Made by a program: the position numbers and the translations under genes
Assembly: GCA_002269645.1 (NCBI GenBank)
Contig: NIVC01000829.1
Location: 372,001 to 436,000, forward strand
Reading direction: 5' to 3'
Source: Macrostomum lignano
Lineage: Eukaryota
Length of the DNA: 64,000 nt
Notes under the pieces: model-generated
What the model saw: only the letters and a program-made list of their open reading frames with translations
Told to the model about the DNA's origin: nothing
The model's database searches: none
Shown here: positions 34,144-47,171 of the stretch, piece by piece
Position numbering within the stretch: the stretch's first letter is position 1
Layout: each line of letters begins with the position of its first letter

Positions 34144-36839
34144 TCTTGTTGGGTCTTGAATGCTGCTAGCCGAAAGTTGCAATTGCAAATTCTCTCTTGA
34201 CGATTATCCACTTGCCCTCGGCTGTGGACAGAAAGACCTGCGTTTTATAGCGGGCTAGATGTGTTATTCAAAAGCTGAAATTCTGTGCTTAGCTTTTCTT
34301 CTGTCTTTCTTTCCTGTCTTCTCTTCCTTTTTTATCATTCGCAATTACTGCAGCTGTTTATAGTGTTTCAGCTGACGCACAAGCCAGCGCACACTGTGTT
34401 AGTGGTGACGTACGTTACTAAAAAAGTAAACAATGGGCGCATTTACAATAGAGCAATATAAAATCGTCCCATGACTGTACACCTAACGCTGCATGCGAGT
34501 TTGTAGATCATGTGTAGTTGCTTTTTTTTAGCATTTTTATATGTTTTTTTATAGCCATTACGCTATAGCGTCGATTCCGTAGTGTCACGAGACGGGCGGG
34601 ATTGCTATTATAGTATGGAGTGAATTACCGCCTTAAATGAGCAATCATCGTTGATTTGTTTTAGACTAATTCTGCACCACAGCCTGACCACTGCAGGATC
34701 AGGCAAGGCAACCTACACCAGTTTAAATATATAACTTTTTACAGGCAAAAAGTGAATAAAGTTTATTTTTAAATCAGGTGACAACTCGTAATTCCTAAAA
34801 AGATTAAAAAACTACGAGTATTAAAAATTGTTCCGTTCTAAAAGCACAAGGATTTTAATTATAGCGTGCGACGCTTCAGTGTCTGTTTTAAAATAAATTG
34901 CAATTGTACGTGTAGGAACTTATACGTAATTTTGTAGCATTTTTCCTGATTTTTTAGAGAAATGACTCATCGTCAAATTTATAACTATCTAGGCCTAAGA
35001 GGCACGCCCGCTTTTTATTCTATCTGTGTACCTGAGTTGATTTAAATTGACAGAATTAAGAAAGTATTTCCATGAAAACAAAAATTTTTAGGCATTTTAG
35101 TTCTGAGGCACTACAAAATTGCAGGTACAGTTTTACTAATGCTAAAATTTTTATCGACACCCAGCGGCCGTATGTTTCCCCCGACGTCCGTTATCGGATC
35201 TGTGGCTCAGTGACGTACCCCCCCCCATTGATCGCCTGCCAAAAATGGTCTGATGAGGCGACGGCCCATCAGCTCAGTATCAGGTGGTATAGTGTATCGA
35301 GATCAGTGACGGCGGTTGGCTAACGCGGTACTTTTATCGCTGCGCCGTCCAGCTGGTCCATCCAAGCGACCTTTTTCAAAGTAGGCCACCACAATTTGCA
35401 AGCCATGTCGTCTGCGCAGAGGCGCAAGCGACATGGCATCTGCGCAAAATTTATTCATTTGAGGTTTCACCATAAGAAAATAATTCGCTTCTCAAATTCG
35501 TGGCAATTGCTACAACTAATGACTATCAACTAATCGGAGTTCGGATCAAAGGAGAGCCAGCTAGCGCCACTTCCCCAGAGGACATTCTGTTTCTCAAACT
35601 TAGCAGATCCTTGTCTCTGCTCTGTGCCATTCTTAGCAGATCTTCTCAATCTGCTCGGTTCTTGCAGGATCTTCTAATTGAAGGGATGTACATTTGTTTT
35701 GTCATTCATTTGGCCAAGAGTGTTCTAGCTTCGTTATTTTTTATTTTATGGCAAAATGGGACAATAAATTTAATAGAATATTCGATTCGAAGCTATATAA
35801 AAAGATATACATGCAAAAGTTATTTGATCTAGTACGCTAGCAAGTCGCCCAGATCTGGTTTACCTAAGTATTAATCAAAGCGAAGATCTTGAACGTTCTT
35901 GAAAGTACTTGCGCAGCAACCCGACGAGAAGATAGATAAGATCTGTTAAGAATCAACATGTCTTCTAGCGCATACATGTATATGCAGCCCTGATCTGGCC
36001 ATCGCTGACTTTCATGATCTATTTGGCGCGATGATCGAAGTAGATGCCGATGCGTGAAGAAGTCGTAGACGTGCAGCAATAAACAAGTCTCTGTTTCAGT
36101 TGATGCCAGTTTTTGGAAAGGCTGCTGGTTTTGACAAATTAATTGAGGAGCTCTAACTGAAAGTGCATATCGCTCTCTGAACGCGAATTTGTGTGGAGCG
36201 CGACAGCAGCCAGCCTTTTGGATGCATCGGGCGACAAAAGACGACAGTGATAGTGATTGGTATACATGCAAGTACAGTTTACATGTAGCTGCAGGCAGTT
36301 CAAAATCGTATTTTGTGACTGAGTATGATACGCGTACGGCGCGTTGTGTGGTCGGTGAGATTTTGATATGAAGGTTATCCGAATGATTGTTCTTTTTACT
36401 GATAAACTGAAATGAATTACAAAAGTTGACTAAATACAGTTTGTACGTTATTTGTCTGTTTCAAGAAAATATTGCCGAAATGGCAGGCTTTCTAGCCCGG
36501 TAACGTAATCCATGAGCATCTCTTGTACAATGCAGTGTGGAATCGACGGAATGTAACTTGATAATCAAAATTGCTTTTGCTCTCAGCGCCACCGTGACAT
36601 ATCGAGCAGAACCTGACCCACGTTGCTTTTCACTTGTATTTTTTGGGTGCAGAGTTGATTTACACATCCATGTGATTTATAAATGTGATTTACATATATG
36701 TAGCCGCGTATTCTTGAATTTGAACTGCCGGGACTTCTTTAGTCAGAGAAAACTTGATTTATTTGCGTTCCAGCTTGCTTGATTAAATAGACTGACCGCG
36801 ATGGGGGAGGGCAGGGTGAAAAACGCAGCTTAGAAAATC

Positions 36840-36925
36840 CTAACCAATCGGATTTCGTCGATAGGGTAGGCACTAAGCATTCTATTGGTTGGGGCTCGTT
36901 ATTCACGCGTTTTCAGCCAATCAGA
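36840..36925. promoter_or_regulatory. Cluster of three CCAAT boxes, possible promoter
   Basis: CCAAT at 36844, ATTGG at 36884 and AGCCAATCAG around 36917, near GC-rich motifs. No transcript evidence available. Confidence 0.3.
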
Positions 36926-38517
36926 AACAAAAAGAAATTTCTAGAAAAGGCTATACGCAGGGGTGGGGTGACGCAGAAAGAAATACGGAGAAAACAACCG
37001 AAAACACTAGAAGTGCACGCGCACGCAAATTGAGCACTATTACATATATATAAAAATAGCATTAATTCTTATTTTCAATTCTACTTTACTGAGATTAAGT
37101 TTATTGTGTTTGCTATAATTATCGTCGTTGATTTACTTTTTGTTAAAACTTTAATATACTTGAGTTCAACTTATAATTTATCGAAGAAAAAATGATCGAA
37201 AGCCTTTCGATTTCGATTTTGGTCTGCGCAAGCTCTCCGGCTGCGTGATGGCTGATGGTGTACGGTACGGTCTACCAGGCTAGTCCTATCTAGGCCCTAT
37301 CCTACACGCACGCCGTCGTTGTATAGGGTATATGGCCTAGGCCTATCTTCATATCTATGACTCCTGCCATTCCAATCCTGGCAATGGCAAGGAAAAGTCT
37401 AGAAATTAAAGGGTCTCTAGACTCTAGGTAGGCCTACTCCATGTGCTGATGTGCACAATCGCACAGAAAACATTAGGGATTCTGGACTGTCTAGTCTACC
37501 TTATAGCTTATATTTTTGGACAATACAATAAGTCATAACTTACTAGCTTACTAGCTATCTACTAAGCCATGGCTAAGTTAGCTAAGGCCTAGGCCTAGTT
37601 CTTCAAAACTAGCTGCTCTTGATATATCATAGGCCTAGGCCCTATTCATGATTATAAATATAGGCCTAGGTCCTATGAGTTGGCAACTTGGCTATGACTA
37701 ATTTCACATGACAACTAATGATTCAATGATTCTTATTAATATTATAAACAGTTATTGAGTTATACTCTAACCAATTTTTTTTCTTATAGTAGGCTATCCT
37801 AGAAGCATAGGCCTAATATAAGGCCAGGGCCTAGGGAGGCCTATTATACCATAGCCAAGGAAGGCAACCAGTGAACCAGTTACAGTATAGTTAGGCTGGG
37901 AACTAATTAAAAGGGCAACATCATCATCAGGGCCTAGGCAATAGTCAAAAAGGTGCCAGTCAAAACATTAATTATAACTTCACATGTATATACTATATAG
38001 ATTTATATATAGGGCCTATTTCTAGACTTATGTTATATTATACATTTATATATTTTAATTAATTTTCTAGGCCCCTTCGCTATTTTATAATATCCCACTG
38101 ATTTGTCACTAAGTTGTTATAAAGATATATTTCTCTCTTTTAAGATTTTACTAATTTGTACTAACCTATTATTTCTAAGAATCCTACTTTTAAAACTACA
38201 TGTATTATATGTTATGGACTATCGTCCATAGAATTACCCTGGGTAGCTTCAGTGCCCAAGTGGCAAAACACTGCTGAATACTACTAAGCTTTTAAACTAT
38301 ACAGTCCAAATAGGGTGTTCGAAGACTGAGAGGTTTCTGGCTTTTAGTACTGTCTTTCACAACTTAAAACTGCATCATGCTTAGCTGCAACAGCCTGAAT
38401 CTATTTCTTGGTAATCCTCCTTTTCTACTGGGCAATCCACCCTTTCTTTTATTAAGCAAAACGCTTGTTCGGCAATCCCTACTTAACTGCACTGGAAAAA
38501 CACTCTTTCTATCCAAC

Positions 38518-38957
38518 CCATAGTCCGGATCATGGCAGGCGTACGCCGGAGTGAAAATTCGTGTCTTTTCAATTTTACGCCGACATAAAGTTCAAAAAAT
38601 TTTTACGCCAAGTCAAAAGTTGTTTATACGCCAACTTTTTAAAGAATTTGTATTTTTTAAAACTTAAAAATAATTATTTACTTGAAAACGGCTGATTTTT
38701 TCCAAAAACTAATATTCTTTGTTTTAATTTTGTTTTCTCGTAAATTTCGTTAATATTTTCTGTTTTGTTAACCCTTTATTTTCAGAAGAGCTTTGGTTAA
38801 TTGATATTTAACTACACGATTGCATCAGCCCTGAACTTTTCTATTTCTTGTACGCCGGTTGTTTACACTTCATGTTGAACCTGAATATTCTATACGCCAA
38901 ATGTACGCCAAGATTGTCAGCGAGTGCAAAATTACGCCGGAAAATTCCGGACTATGG
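38518..38957. mobile_element. MITE with 12-bp TIR and 8-bp TSD
   Basis: TIR CCATAGTCCGGA / TCCGGACTATGG; TSD TATCCAAC at 38510-38517 and 38958-38965; repeated internal TACGCC motifs. Confidence 0.85.
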
Positions 38958-39349
38958 TATCCAACATGGTATTTCCTACTTGCAATCTTGCCTAAATGAC
39001 CAAGTCAGAAAACCAGAGAAATCTTAATTTCTAGGTTACTGAGTATGGTTGCTAGAATAACTCGAGATGAAAGACAAACTATATGCTGCGCTATTGAAAC
39101 GATGAAAAACGAAAAGGCCTCTTGAACGAGATGCTCTGGGTCGATATATTTAATGAGCTGAGTGAAAGCGTACAATACACGTGAGCGTAATGTGGGGTGG
39201 GGCGATCAGTGAAGAATGAAAGTGGTGCGATCAATAATTAGGGACTGTACGTATGAGCAAAATAAATGTTAGCCTAATTGAACGTACATGTAGCTATTGC
39301 AAACGAAAAGTTTAAGAAATACCACGAGACAGTGGCAGCTCCAGAACAG

Positions 39350-41700
39350 AGTATTTGAGGTGGGGGTGGAGAAAATTTTCTTGGAAATTCTCAGTTTTGA
39401 AAATTTGTTGACACTAGTGAGGTGGGGTGGATTCCACGTTTGAATTGCCGCCAATGTTGAGTTCGCACAAATAAAATCGGAAAAATTGCGCAGACAAATC
39501 TCAATGGGAAAACTTCTCCTTTTACTCCAACTGCCAGGTTCTCAAGTCCGGGGGGAGGGTATAGTCATAATCGTAGCGGAGCAGTCATAGAGCGGCACAG
39601 TCGTTCAGTTGTAGACACCGGAGATTTTGACTCCATAAATTAATGTGTCAATGTGTTGAACTCATTACTATCAGTAGGGTAGAGCTGCCACCACTGTAAT
39701 TTACATATTACGGAACAAATATATAAGTCCCAGAGCTTTCTTTGAGATGAGGACTTTTGGTTATTTTACACCCCACAGGCCCTATTGGAATAAATGTTAA
39801 AAACCCGTGGACGCGCGCTTTAGAAAAGAGTCAAACTATTTTACCGCGCTTTAGGATTATTAGAGATGTTCCAAAAGATCTGCAGTTTCGTCGAAATCAA
39901 AATTCGCTAACTTTCCAAAATCAAAATTGAAATTTCCCGAAATCATAATTCAGAAAAACAAAGTTTAGTATGATCAACACTCACTTTTTTACTTTCAATT
40001 TACTGCTTAAGCAAAAAGTAATACATGTATATGTAGTAGAAAGTAGTTTATTTATAGCGACTTTTTAGACACTACCAAAATTTTCACTTCTAAATTTTAT
40101 TTCGAAATTGAAATTTGCTCTAAAAAATTTCAAATTTTGGAAAATTGAAATCGAATTTTCGGAACATCTCTAAGCTTAATAAATTACGAGTGTATAAGCC
40201 CCTTCAACAGAGGTATTATACCCATTTCCATGTATATGTATTTGCTAGAGCAGCAGCCAGTAAGAAAGGGCAGTGCGCGCAGGCGCTGCGCCTGTGCGCG
40301 CACTGTGCTTTAGAAAAATTTCAAAAGTGCGCCGGACACCGTCCGCGGTTTTATAACTTTTTCCTATAGGGCCCACGGGCAAATGACTCAATAAATACTA
40401 TGGCTTATGTCAACAGAATAAATATGAATTGGATTAAATGTTTATTTGGTGTCTTATTATTATTAATGAAACAGGCTTATAGCTTAGTTATTCTTAATAT
40501 TTGAGACGAGGATGGAATTCACGGGCGCCGGTGCGCTAAATAAACTTAGGATAAAGAAAACTGGTACGCTTAACTTTAGAAAAGTAGGAGACAGTGGTAA
40601 ACAGAAGTAGGAAAAGGTACTTGAGACGATTCGTCATGAGCAGATTAAATAGTGAGAAAATAGCATGAACATTAATTGGAGGAGGCACTGGACTGGCCGT
40701 TGGATTAAAATACAATGCGTGGATACATCGGGTGGACGGCTTTGTCGCAATGAGGAAAGAATAATTATAACAAAAATCCAATGAAGGGGAACACGCACTG
40801 TCTAAAGGATGGAAGCCACACACAGTAGCTGGATATCCACTTAACAGAAATAGAATGCCAAAATTCACTGAGTGGACACAAAATTAATGTTTCTTGTGCA
40901 TGCAATTTAAAAGTTACTAGAGTAAATTGTTAATCAAGTTTCACTAGTGGCACCTAACTGCCACATATTGAACCCAAAAGGTTAAAGAAATGTTCTATTT
41001 TGGCCTTGTATTTATAGTAGACAAAATCTTGTCCTATTGGTTCGTGTATCATGTGTTTAATTAAAAACAAAATTATTAAAAATACAAGTTTTTGTACTTT
41101 TACAAATAATATAATATGCAGTTATTTAAATTATCCATTTTATTCAAATATAAAGTAAGTTAAATTGTCAAAATGGTCATTGATAATAGTCACATTTATT
41201 TCTAGTCAGGGAAATGCAACAAAAGATTGTGAGGTGGGGGTGGAGAAAGTTTCTTGAAAAATTGGTTGGTTTGAATTTAATTGCTGACACTAGTGAGATG
41301 GGGCGGATTCCATGTTTTAAATTGCCACTGGTATTGTGTTCGCACAAATAAAACCTGAAAATTGTGCAGACGAATCATAACAAAATCTTTCTCCTGTTTT
41401 ACTCCAACTGCTGGGTTCTCAAGTCTAGGGGGAGGGTGGTCGTAATCGTAGCAGAACAGTCGTTAGCGGCACAGTCGTTCAAATGGTAGATACCAGAGCT
41501 TTTGGTGCTGATAAAATTAATGCATTAATTTGCTAAGCTTATTACTTTGAGTAGGGTAGTTGCTGCCACCACCATAATTTATGTATTATAGAATGAATAA
41601 GTTTCGGAGCTTTCTTTGAGCTGAGAACTTTGGGTTATTTTATGCCCCATGGGCAAATGACTCAAGAAATACTATGGCCTTGGTTCAAACGAATAAATAT
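39350..41700 (+). repeat. Diverged direct repeat of about 480 bp (39350-39777 plus 40374-40430 versus 41230-41700)
   Basis: Collinear shared blocks such as GAGGTGGGGGTGGAGAAA, TTCGCACAAATAAAA, TTTTACTCCAACTGC, AGCGGCACAGTCGTTCA and GGGCAAATGACTCAA. The first copy is split by a MITE. Confidence 0.8.
39778..40373. mobile_element. MITE inserted into the first copy of the direct repeat
   Basis: Imperfect TIR GGCCCTATTGGAATAAATGTTAAAAACC / GGTTTTATAACTTTTTCCTATAGGGCC with CCAC on both sides. Removing it restores collinearity with the second copy. Confidence 0.72.
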
Positions 41701-42589
41701 TAGCAAACTAAGGTTTATCAGGTTTAGTTGTTATTTAGCAGACTAGATAATAAAATTACTGATGCTGTCACTAATTAAAACAATTACAGAAGATTGCGAT
41801 TGATCACTTTTCCTTAAAAGGTCTAATTTTCTGAGTTATAGATGACATAACTTTTGAACTATTCAATAGATTTTCATTCCTAATATGTCATTTAGCATTT
41901 TCTTGTAGATTATTTTGTTTAGTCTTATAGATGCCTTTGCAAAATGCAACTAATAGTTTTTCTTTTATTCAAAAAAAATAATGTGCTATATATGGAATTT
42001 GAATCTTTAGACTATAATTATGCCACTTTTGTCCTTATATTGATTATCTAGATGTAAAACAAGCCAATCTAGCTGACTGGCAAGGGGCCCAGCCTGATAA
42101 GCTACAAAAATACCCATTCAAAAAGTTTAAAAGTAGTACTAATTAGCTGATAAGGCATTTAGCCCTTATAATACAGTTGAAGTTACTCTTGTCATTTACC
42201 TAAATATTATGTTAACTCATAGTTAAAATGTCATAATTAAGATTGGGTATTTTATTGTTGTAATACAAAAAGGTCCTTTATTATTGCAATGCAAAAAGGT
42301 CCCTTATTAGTTATTGTTGCAATGACTTTATTAATGTCTAGTATGTATATCATAAGTAAATGATCTATTTTTTTTAGTGTAAACTTGAATTTTATAGTGT
42401 AGGAAGTCACTTTTTCTGGCATGCTATATAATATATTTAAGTGTGGGGTTCTATGTGCACTGACAAAAACTTTGGCATTTGCATGCACATCTGTAGCAAT
42501 TCTAAAAGGTTTATATGCATGCAGCTTTTATTTGTTTTAAAAACTTGCATTGTTTTATTTAAAAATATTACATCCATATACTAAAAATG

Positions 42590-42960
42590 GTCTGTCGGTA
42601 TGTGCGTGTGTGTATGTGTGTGTGTGTGATCGATTTTAGCAAAAACGGCTCAACCGATTTTCTTCGAACTTGCACTGTTCGATCAGAAATTTTCCCGTGA
42701 CAGTACATGCATCGTGGCTAAGAAATTGCTTGATGCTAAAGGGATTAAATATTCGAAAAACATGCTTTTTTGCAAAGGTCAAGCAGCTCTTTCGACTTGA
42801 AATGCATTGTAAGAATGCTAGCAGAAAAACTGACTGGTTGAATTCTGATTCTGAAATAGATTGCATCACAATACACTTTATTTATCGTCTGTGTACTGGC
42901 TGAATTTGACACTCAATTGAATTGCGTCACAGCTTTGAGTGTGAAAGCATAGCGTAGTAC
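42590..42960. mobile_element. Possible Helentron-associated (HINE/DINE-1-like) non-autonomous element
   Basis: (TG)n microsatellite followed by AAAACGGCTCAACCGATTTT, a layout recalled from HINE-type elements; ends not defined. Confidence 0.3.
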
Positions 42961-43257
42961 TGAATTTATATTACGTAACCATATTGTTAACTTTCATAGA
43001 CACTAGTACTGACTTGCCTAAGAAATTGATTATGTCATAACTGCCTTGTGTAACTTTTACTCAATTGACTTGGTGTGAGTGTTGAATTATAAGTGCTACA
43101 AATTCATTTATAATTTCAATGAGAGCTAGCCTAGATGTAAACAAACTGGACTGCTAATGCAGCTACCTGGGTTCGAATCTTAGTAGTGTATAAAAGAATA
43201 AAAGTAGCATAAATTTTTTATTGAAAGCTTTTATTAAAAAACTAATTAAAAAGACCT

Positions 43258-44860
43258 AGGTTATGGATTGTAAACCAAGGATTATTGCACTTGATAAACC
43301 AAGGATTATTGCACTTGATAGGCCAAGGATTATTGCACTTGATAAACCAAGGATTATTGCACTTGATAAACCAAGGATTATTGCACTTGATAAACCAAGG
43401 ATTATTGCACTTGATAAACCAAGGATTATTGCACTTGATAGGCCAAGGATTACTGCACTTGATAAACCAAGGATTATTGCACTTGATAAACCAAGGATTA
43501 TTGCACTTGATAGGCCAAGGATTATTGCACTTGATAAGCCAAGGATTATTGCACTTGATAAACCAAGGATTATTGCACTTGATAAACCAAGGATTATTGC
43601 ACTTGATAAACCAAGGATTATTGCACTTGATAGGCCAAGGATTACTGCACTTGATAAACCAAGGATTATTGCACTTGATAAGCCAAGGATTATTGCACTT
43701 GATAAGCCAAGGATTATTGCACTTGATAAGCCAAGGATTATTGCACTCGATAAGCCAAGGATTACTGCGCTTGATAAACCAAGGATTATTGCACTTGATA
43801 AGCCAAAGATTACTGCGCTTGATAAACCAAGGATTATTGCACTTGATAAACCAAGGATTACTGCACTTGATAAGCCAAGGATTACTGCACTTGATAAACC
43901 AAGGATCATTGCACTTGATAGACCAAGGATTATTGCACTTGATAGACCAGAACTTACTGCACTTGATAAACCCCCTTACTGCACTTGATAAACCAAGGAT
44001 TATTGCACTTGATAAGCCAAAGATTACTGCGCTTGATAAATCAAGGATTATTGCACTTGATAAACCAAGGATTATTGCGCTCAATAAGCCAAGGATTACT
44101 GCGCTTGATAAACTAAGGACTACTGCGCTTGATAAACCAAGGATTATTGCACTTGATAGACCAGAACTTACTGCTCTTGATAAACCAAGGATTATTGCAC
44201 TTGATAAGCCAAGGATTACTGCACTTGATAAACCAAGGATCATTGCACTTGATAAACCAAGGATTATTGCACTTGATAAGCCAAGGATTTCTGCACTTGA
44301 TAAACCAATACTTATTGCACTTGATAAACTAATGATTACTTCACTGGATAAACCAAGACTTACGGCACTTTATAAACCAAGGATTACTGCACTTGATAAA
44401 CCAAGGACTACTGCGCTTGATAAACAAAGGATTACTGCACTTGATAAGCCAAGGATTATTGCACTTGATAAACCAAGACTTACTGCACTTGATAAACCAA
44501 GGATTTCTGCATTCGATAGGCCAGAACTTACTGCACTTGATAAGCCAAGGATTACTGCACTTGATTAACCAAGAGTTACTGCACTTGATAAACCAAGGAT
44601 TACTGCACTTGATAAACCAAGACTTACTGCACTTGTTAGACCAAGGCTTACTGTACTTGATTAACCAAGGATTTCTGCACTTGATAAAGGAAGGATTATT
44701 GCACTCGATAAGCCAAGGATTACTGCACTTGATAAACCAAGGATTATTGCACTTGATAAGCCAAAGATTACTGCACTTGATAAACCAAGGTTTATTGCAC
44801 TTGATAAACCAAGGATTACTGCGCTTGGCAAACAAAGGATTACTGCGCTTGATAAGCTTG
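43258..44860. repeat. 24-bp minisatellite (CCAAGGATTATTGCACTTGATAAA), about 65 copies
   Basis: Homogeneous left part and divergent right part; explains the PRIIALDK / LLHLINQG ORFs. Confidence 0.97.
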
Positions 44861-44884
44861 GCTACATGTATGGGATTCTTTCTA

Positions 44885-45415
44885 TCTAGGGATGCTTGCT
44901 TTTTATGGATTCTTGCTAACTGGGTGGATGCTTGCTATCTGGGGGATGCTTGCTGTCTAGGTGGATGCTTCTACAATATCTGGGGGGGTGCTTGGTATCT
45001 GCAGGATGCTTGCTGTCTGGGTGGATGCTTGCTATCTGGGGGATGCTTGCTGTCTGGGGGATGCTTGCTGTCTGGGTGGATGCTTCTACAATATTTGGGG
45101 GATGCTTGCTATCTAGCTGGATGCTTCTACAATGTTTGAGGGATGCTTGCTATCTGCAGATGCTTGTTATCTGGGTGGATGCTTCTACAATATTTGGGGG
45201 ATGCTTGCTATCTGGGTGGATGCTTCTACAATATTTGGGGGATGCTTGCTATCTGGGTGGATTATTCTACAATATTTGGGAAATGCTTGCTGTCTGCAGG
45301 ATGCTCGCTATCTGGGTGGATGCTTGCTACGAGTATTAGGGGATGCTTGCTATCTGCGGTTGCTTACTTTTGGAGGGGGTGCTTGCTATCTGGAGGGATG
45401 CTTGCTGTCTTTGGA
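44885..45415. repeat. Composite minisatellite (GGATGCTTGCTATCTGGGT and GGATGCTTCTACAATATTTGGG units)
   Basis: Interleaved related units directly adjacent to the 24-bp array. Confidence 0.88.
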
Positions 45416-46341
45416 ATATTTAAAAGTCAATAAGGAATTGGTGTTTAAGAAAATGTGCTTTTTTAATTGTTTTCAATTTACTATTTTTGCTCCGTGCTTA
45501 TTGGGCACCCCGAAGGGGGGCCGCACTAGATTGCTAGTATTAATTTCTAACAATAAAACAATGTTATTGCATTTAAAAGCAAAGCCACTAAACATTACTT
45601 TAACATTTAAAAAGAAAGATAAAACTTATCTTTAGGTATTTATTTAAACTTTTAAACTAAACTAAACTAAACTAAATTTAAACTAAAAACTATCAAATGG
45701 AATAATAAATATGATACATAGTTATTGCAATTGGCATTTATAAATTATTTATATGCAATTAATATAAGTAATATTAGCCATATCAATAATTGGGTCTATC
45801 TGGGTGGGTCTTACTAAAGTAAATAATTGGGAGTTCTAAATGTGTATATAGATATTAATATAAATATAGCAATAGAAAACCATTTTTATAATCATAGGTA
45901 AGACCTTATTTTGACCAAGAATGCAACTTATGTCCTAAACAACATGCCATTTTTGCAACTTGCATTGTTTTTCATTGTTTTTATTTTATTTTTTCCTTGC
46001 TCTCCTATCTTTTACATTTTTGGTATTCAATTTCTTAGCAATTTGCCTTAACTTACTAGCAGTTCATTGGCTAAATTGACAGTTGAAGGCTATAATGGTA
46101 TTTTTTGGGTTAAAGTGATTCCCATTTTGCTGGGATCCCAGGATTTTAGTATTTTACTAGATACCAACATAACATTTTAGTATATTTAAAATCAGGACAA
46201 TAAATATAAGAAAAAAATCAATTCTTAGAAAAGACTTTTGATAGTAGAAAAATTGCCAGTTTTTTTATTTTAATCATTCTTTGATTTATTTTTTATCCTA
46301 AAACTAAAAGAGGTTCATTCATAATTTTAATTCCACTGTCC

Positions 46342-47112
46342 ATGAGCCAATCATATTGGCGGAAATTCTTTAGCACTGCTGGCATTCCATCAGCAGATGC
46401 ACAAAACTATGCAGCCATATTTGAGGATAACAGAATCACAGAGTCTGTTCTGGGCGATCTGCGCAAAGAACACCTCACAGATATGGGCATTCGTCGAATG
46501 GGAGATATTATTAGTATATTAAAGTGCGCCAGCACCTGGCCTCAGACTGCCAGCTTGCAGTCTCAAGATGAAGTTCAAGCAAGCAAGTGGGAGCAGCAAC
46601 AGCAGCAGCCGATGCAAGCTCAACTAATGCCGGCTTTATTGTCTTCATCTTCTGCTACAAAAAAGCAAAAGGATTTGCAGCTTATTGACAAGTCAAAAGT
46701 TCCTAACGTGGTGGTTAATACTACTGATAGAACTAGTGCCAGTAGTAGTGCAGGAGCTGTTGCGTCTCTTGGTCGAATTGTAGCTAGCGGGGATGGATCG
46801 AGGCGCTTTGCGGCGGCTCCAGAGCTGGAGGAACAACAGTCGAAACCGCAGCAACAGCAGCAATCTTCTGCTGCTCCTAAAAGAAAGCTGGGTACGTTTG
46901 TCTATGATGTTAGTATTTTGATTTAGTTCTGGATCAGATCATGAACTATTAAATGCCTGTAGAACGTTTCTTTTATTAATTAGTGCGAGAGGAAAAATAC
47001 GTTGCCTGAATTAGATTGTATGTTTCTTGATCAGCAGATAAAATAAAAATTAAATAAGACAGACAGGTACCTAAAGAGAGGCTAGCAGTCAGGCTGACTG
47101 ATACATATGAAA

Positions 47113-47171
<59 letters not shown>

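Noticed and set aside
35260-35300. CTGATGA motif as a possible hammerhead
   Set aside because: No stem II-GAAA-NUH arrangement follows; it is only a small CTGATG/CATCAG hairpin.
40520-40900. Purine-rich island resembling decayed coding or LINE sequence
   Set aside because: Stops in the plus-strand frames tried, and no convincing motif.
43242-45635. Long ORFs such as (PRIIALDK)n and (LLHLINQG)n, as possible repeat proteins or LRRs
   Set aside because: A 24-bp unit (multiple of 3) opens several frames on both strands at once; no unique flanking domain or splice context.
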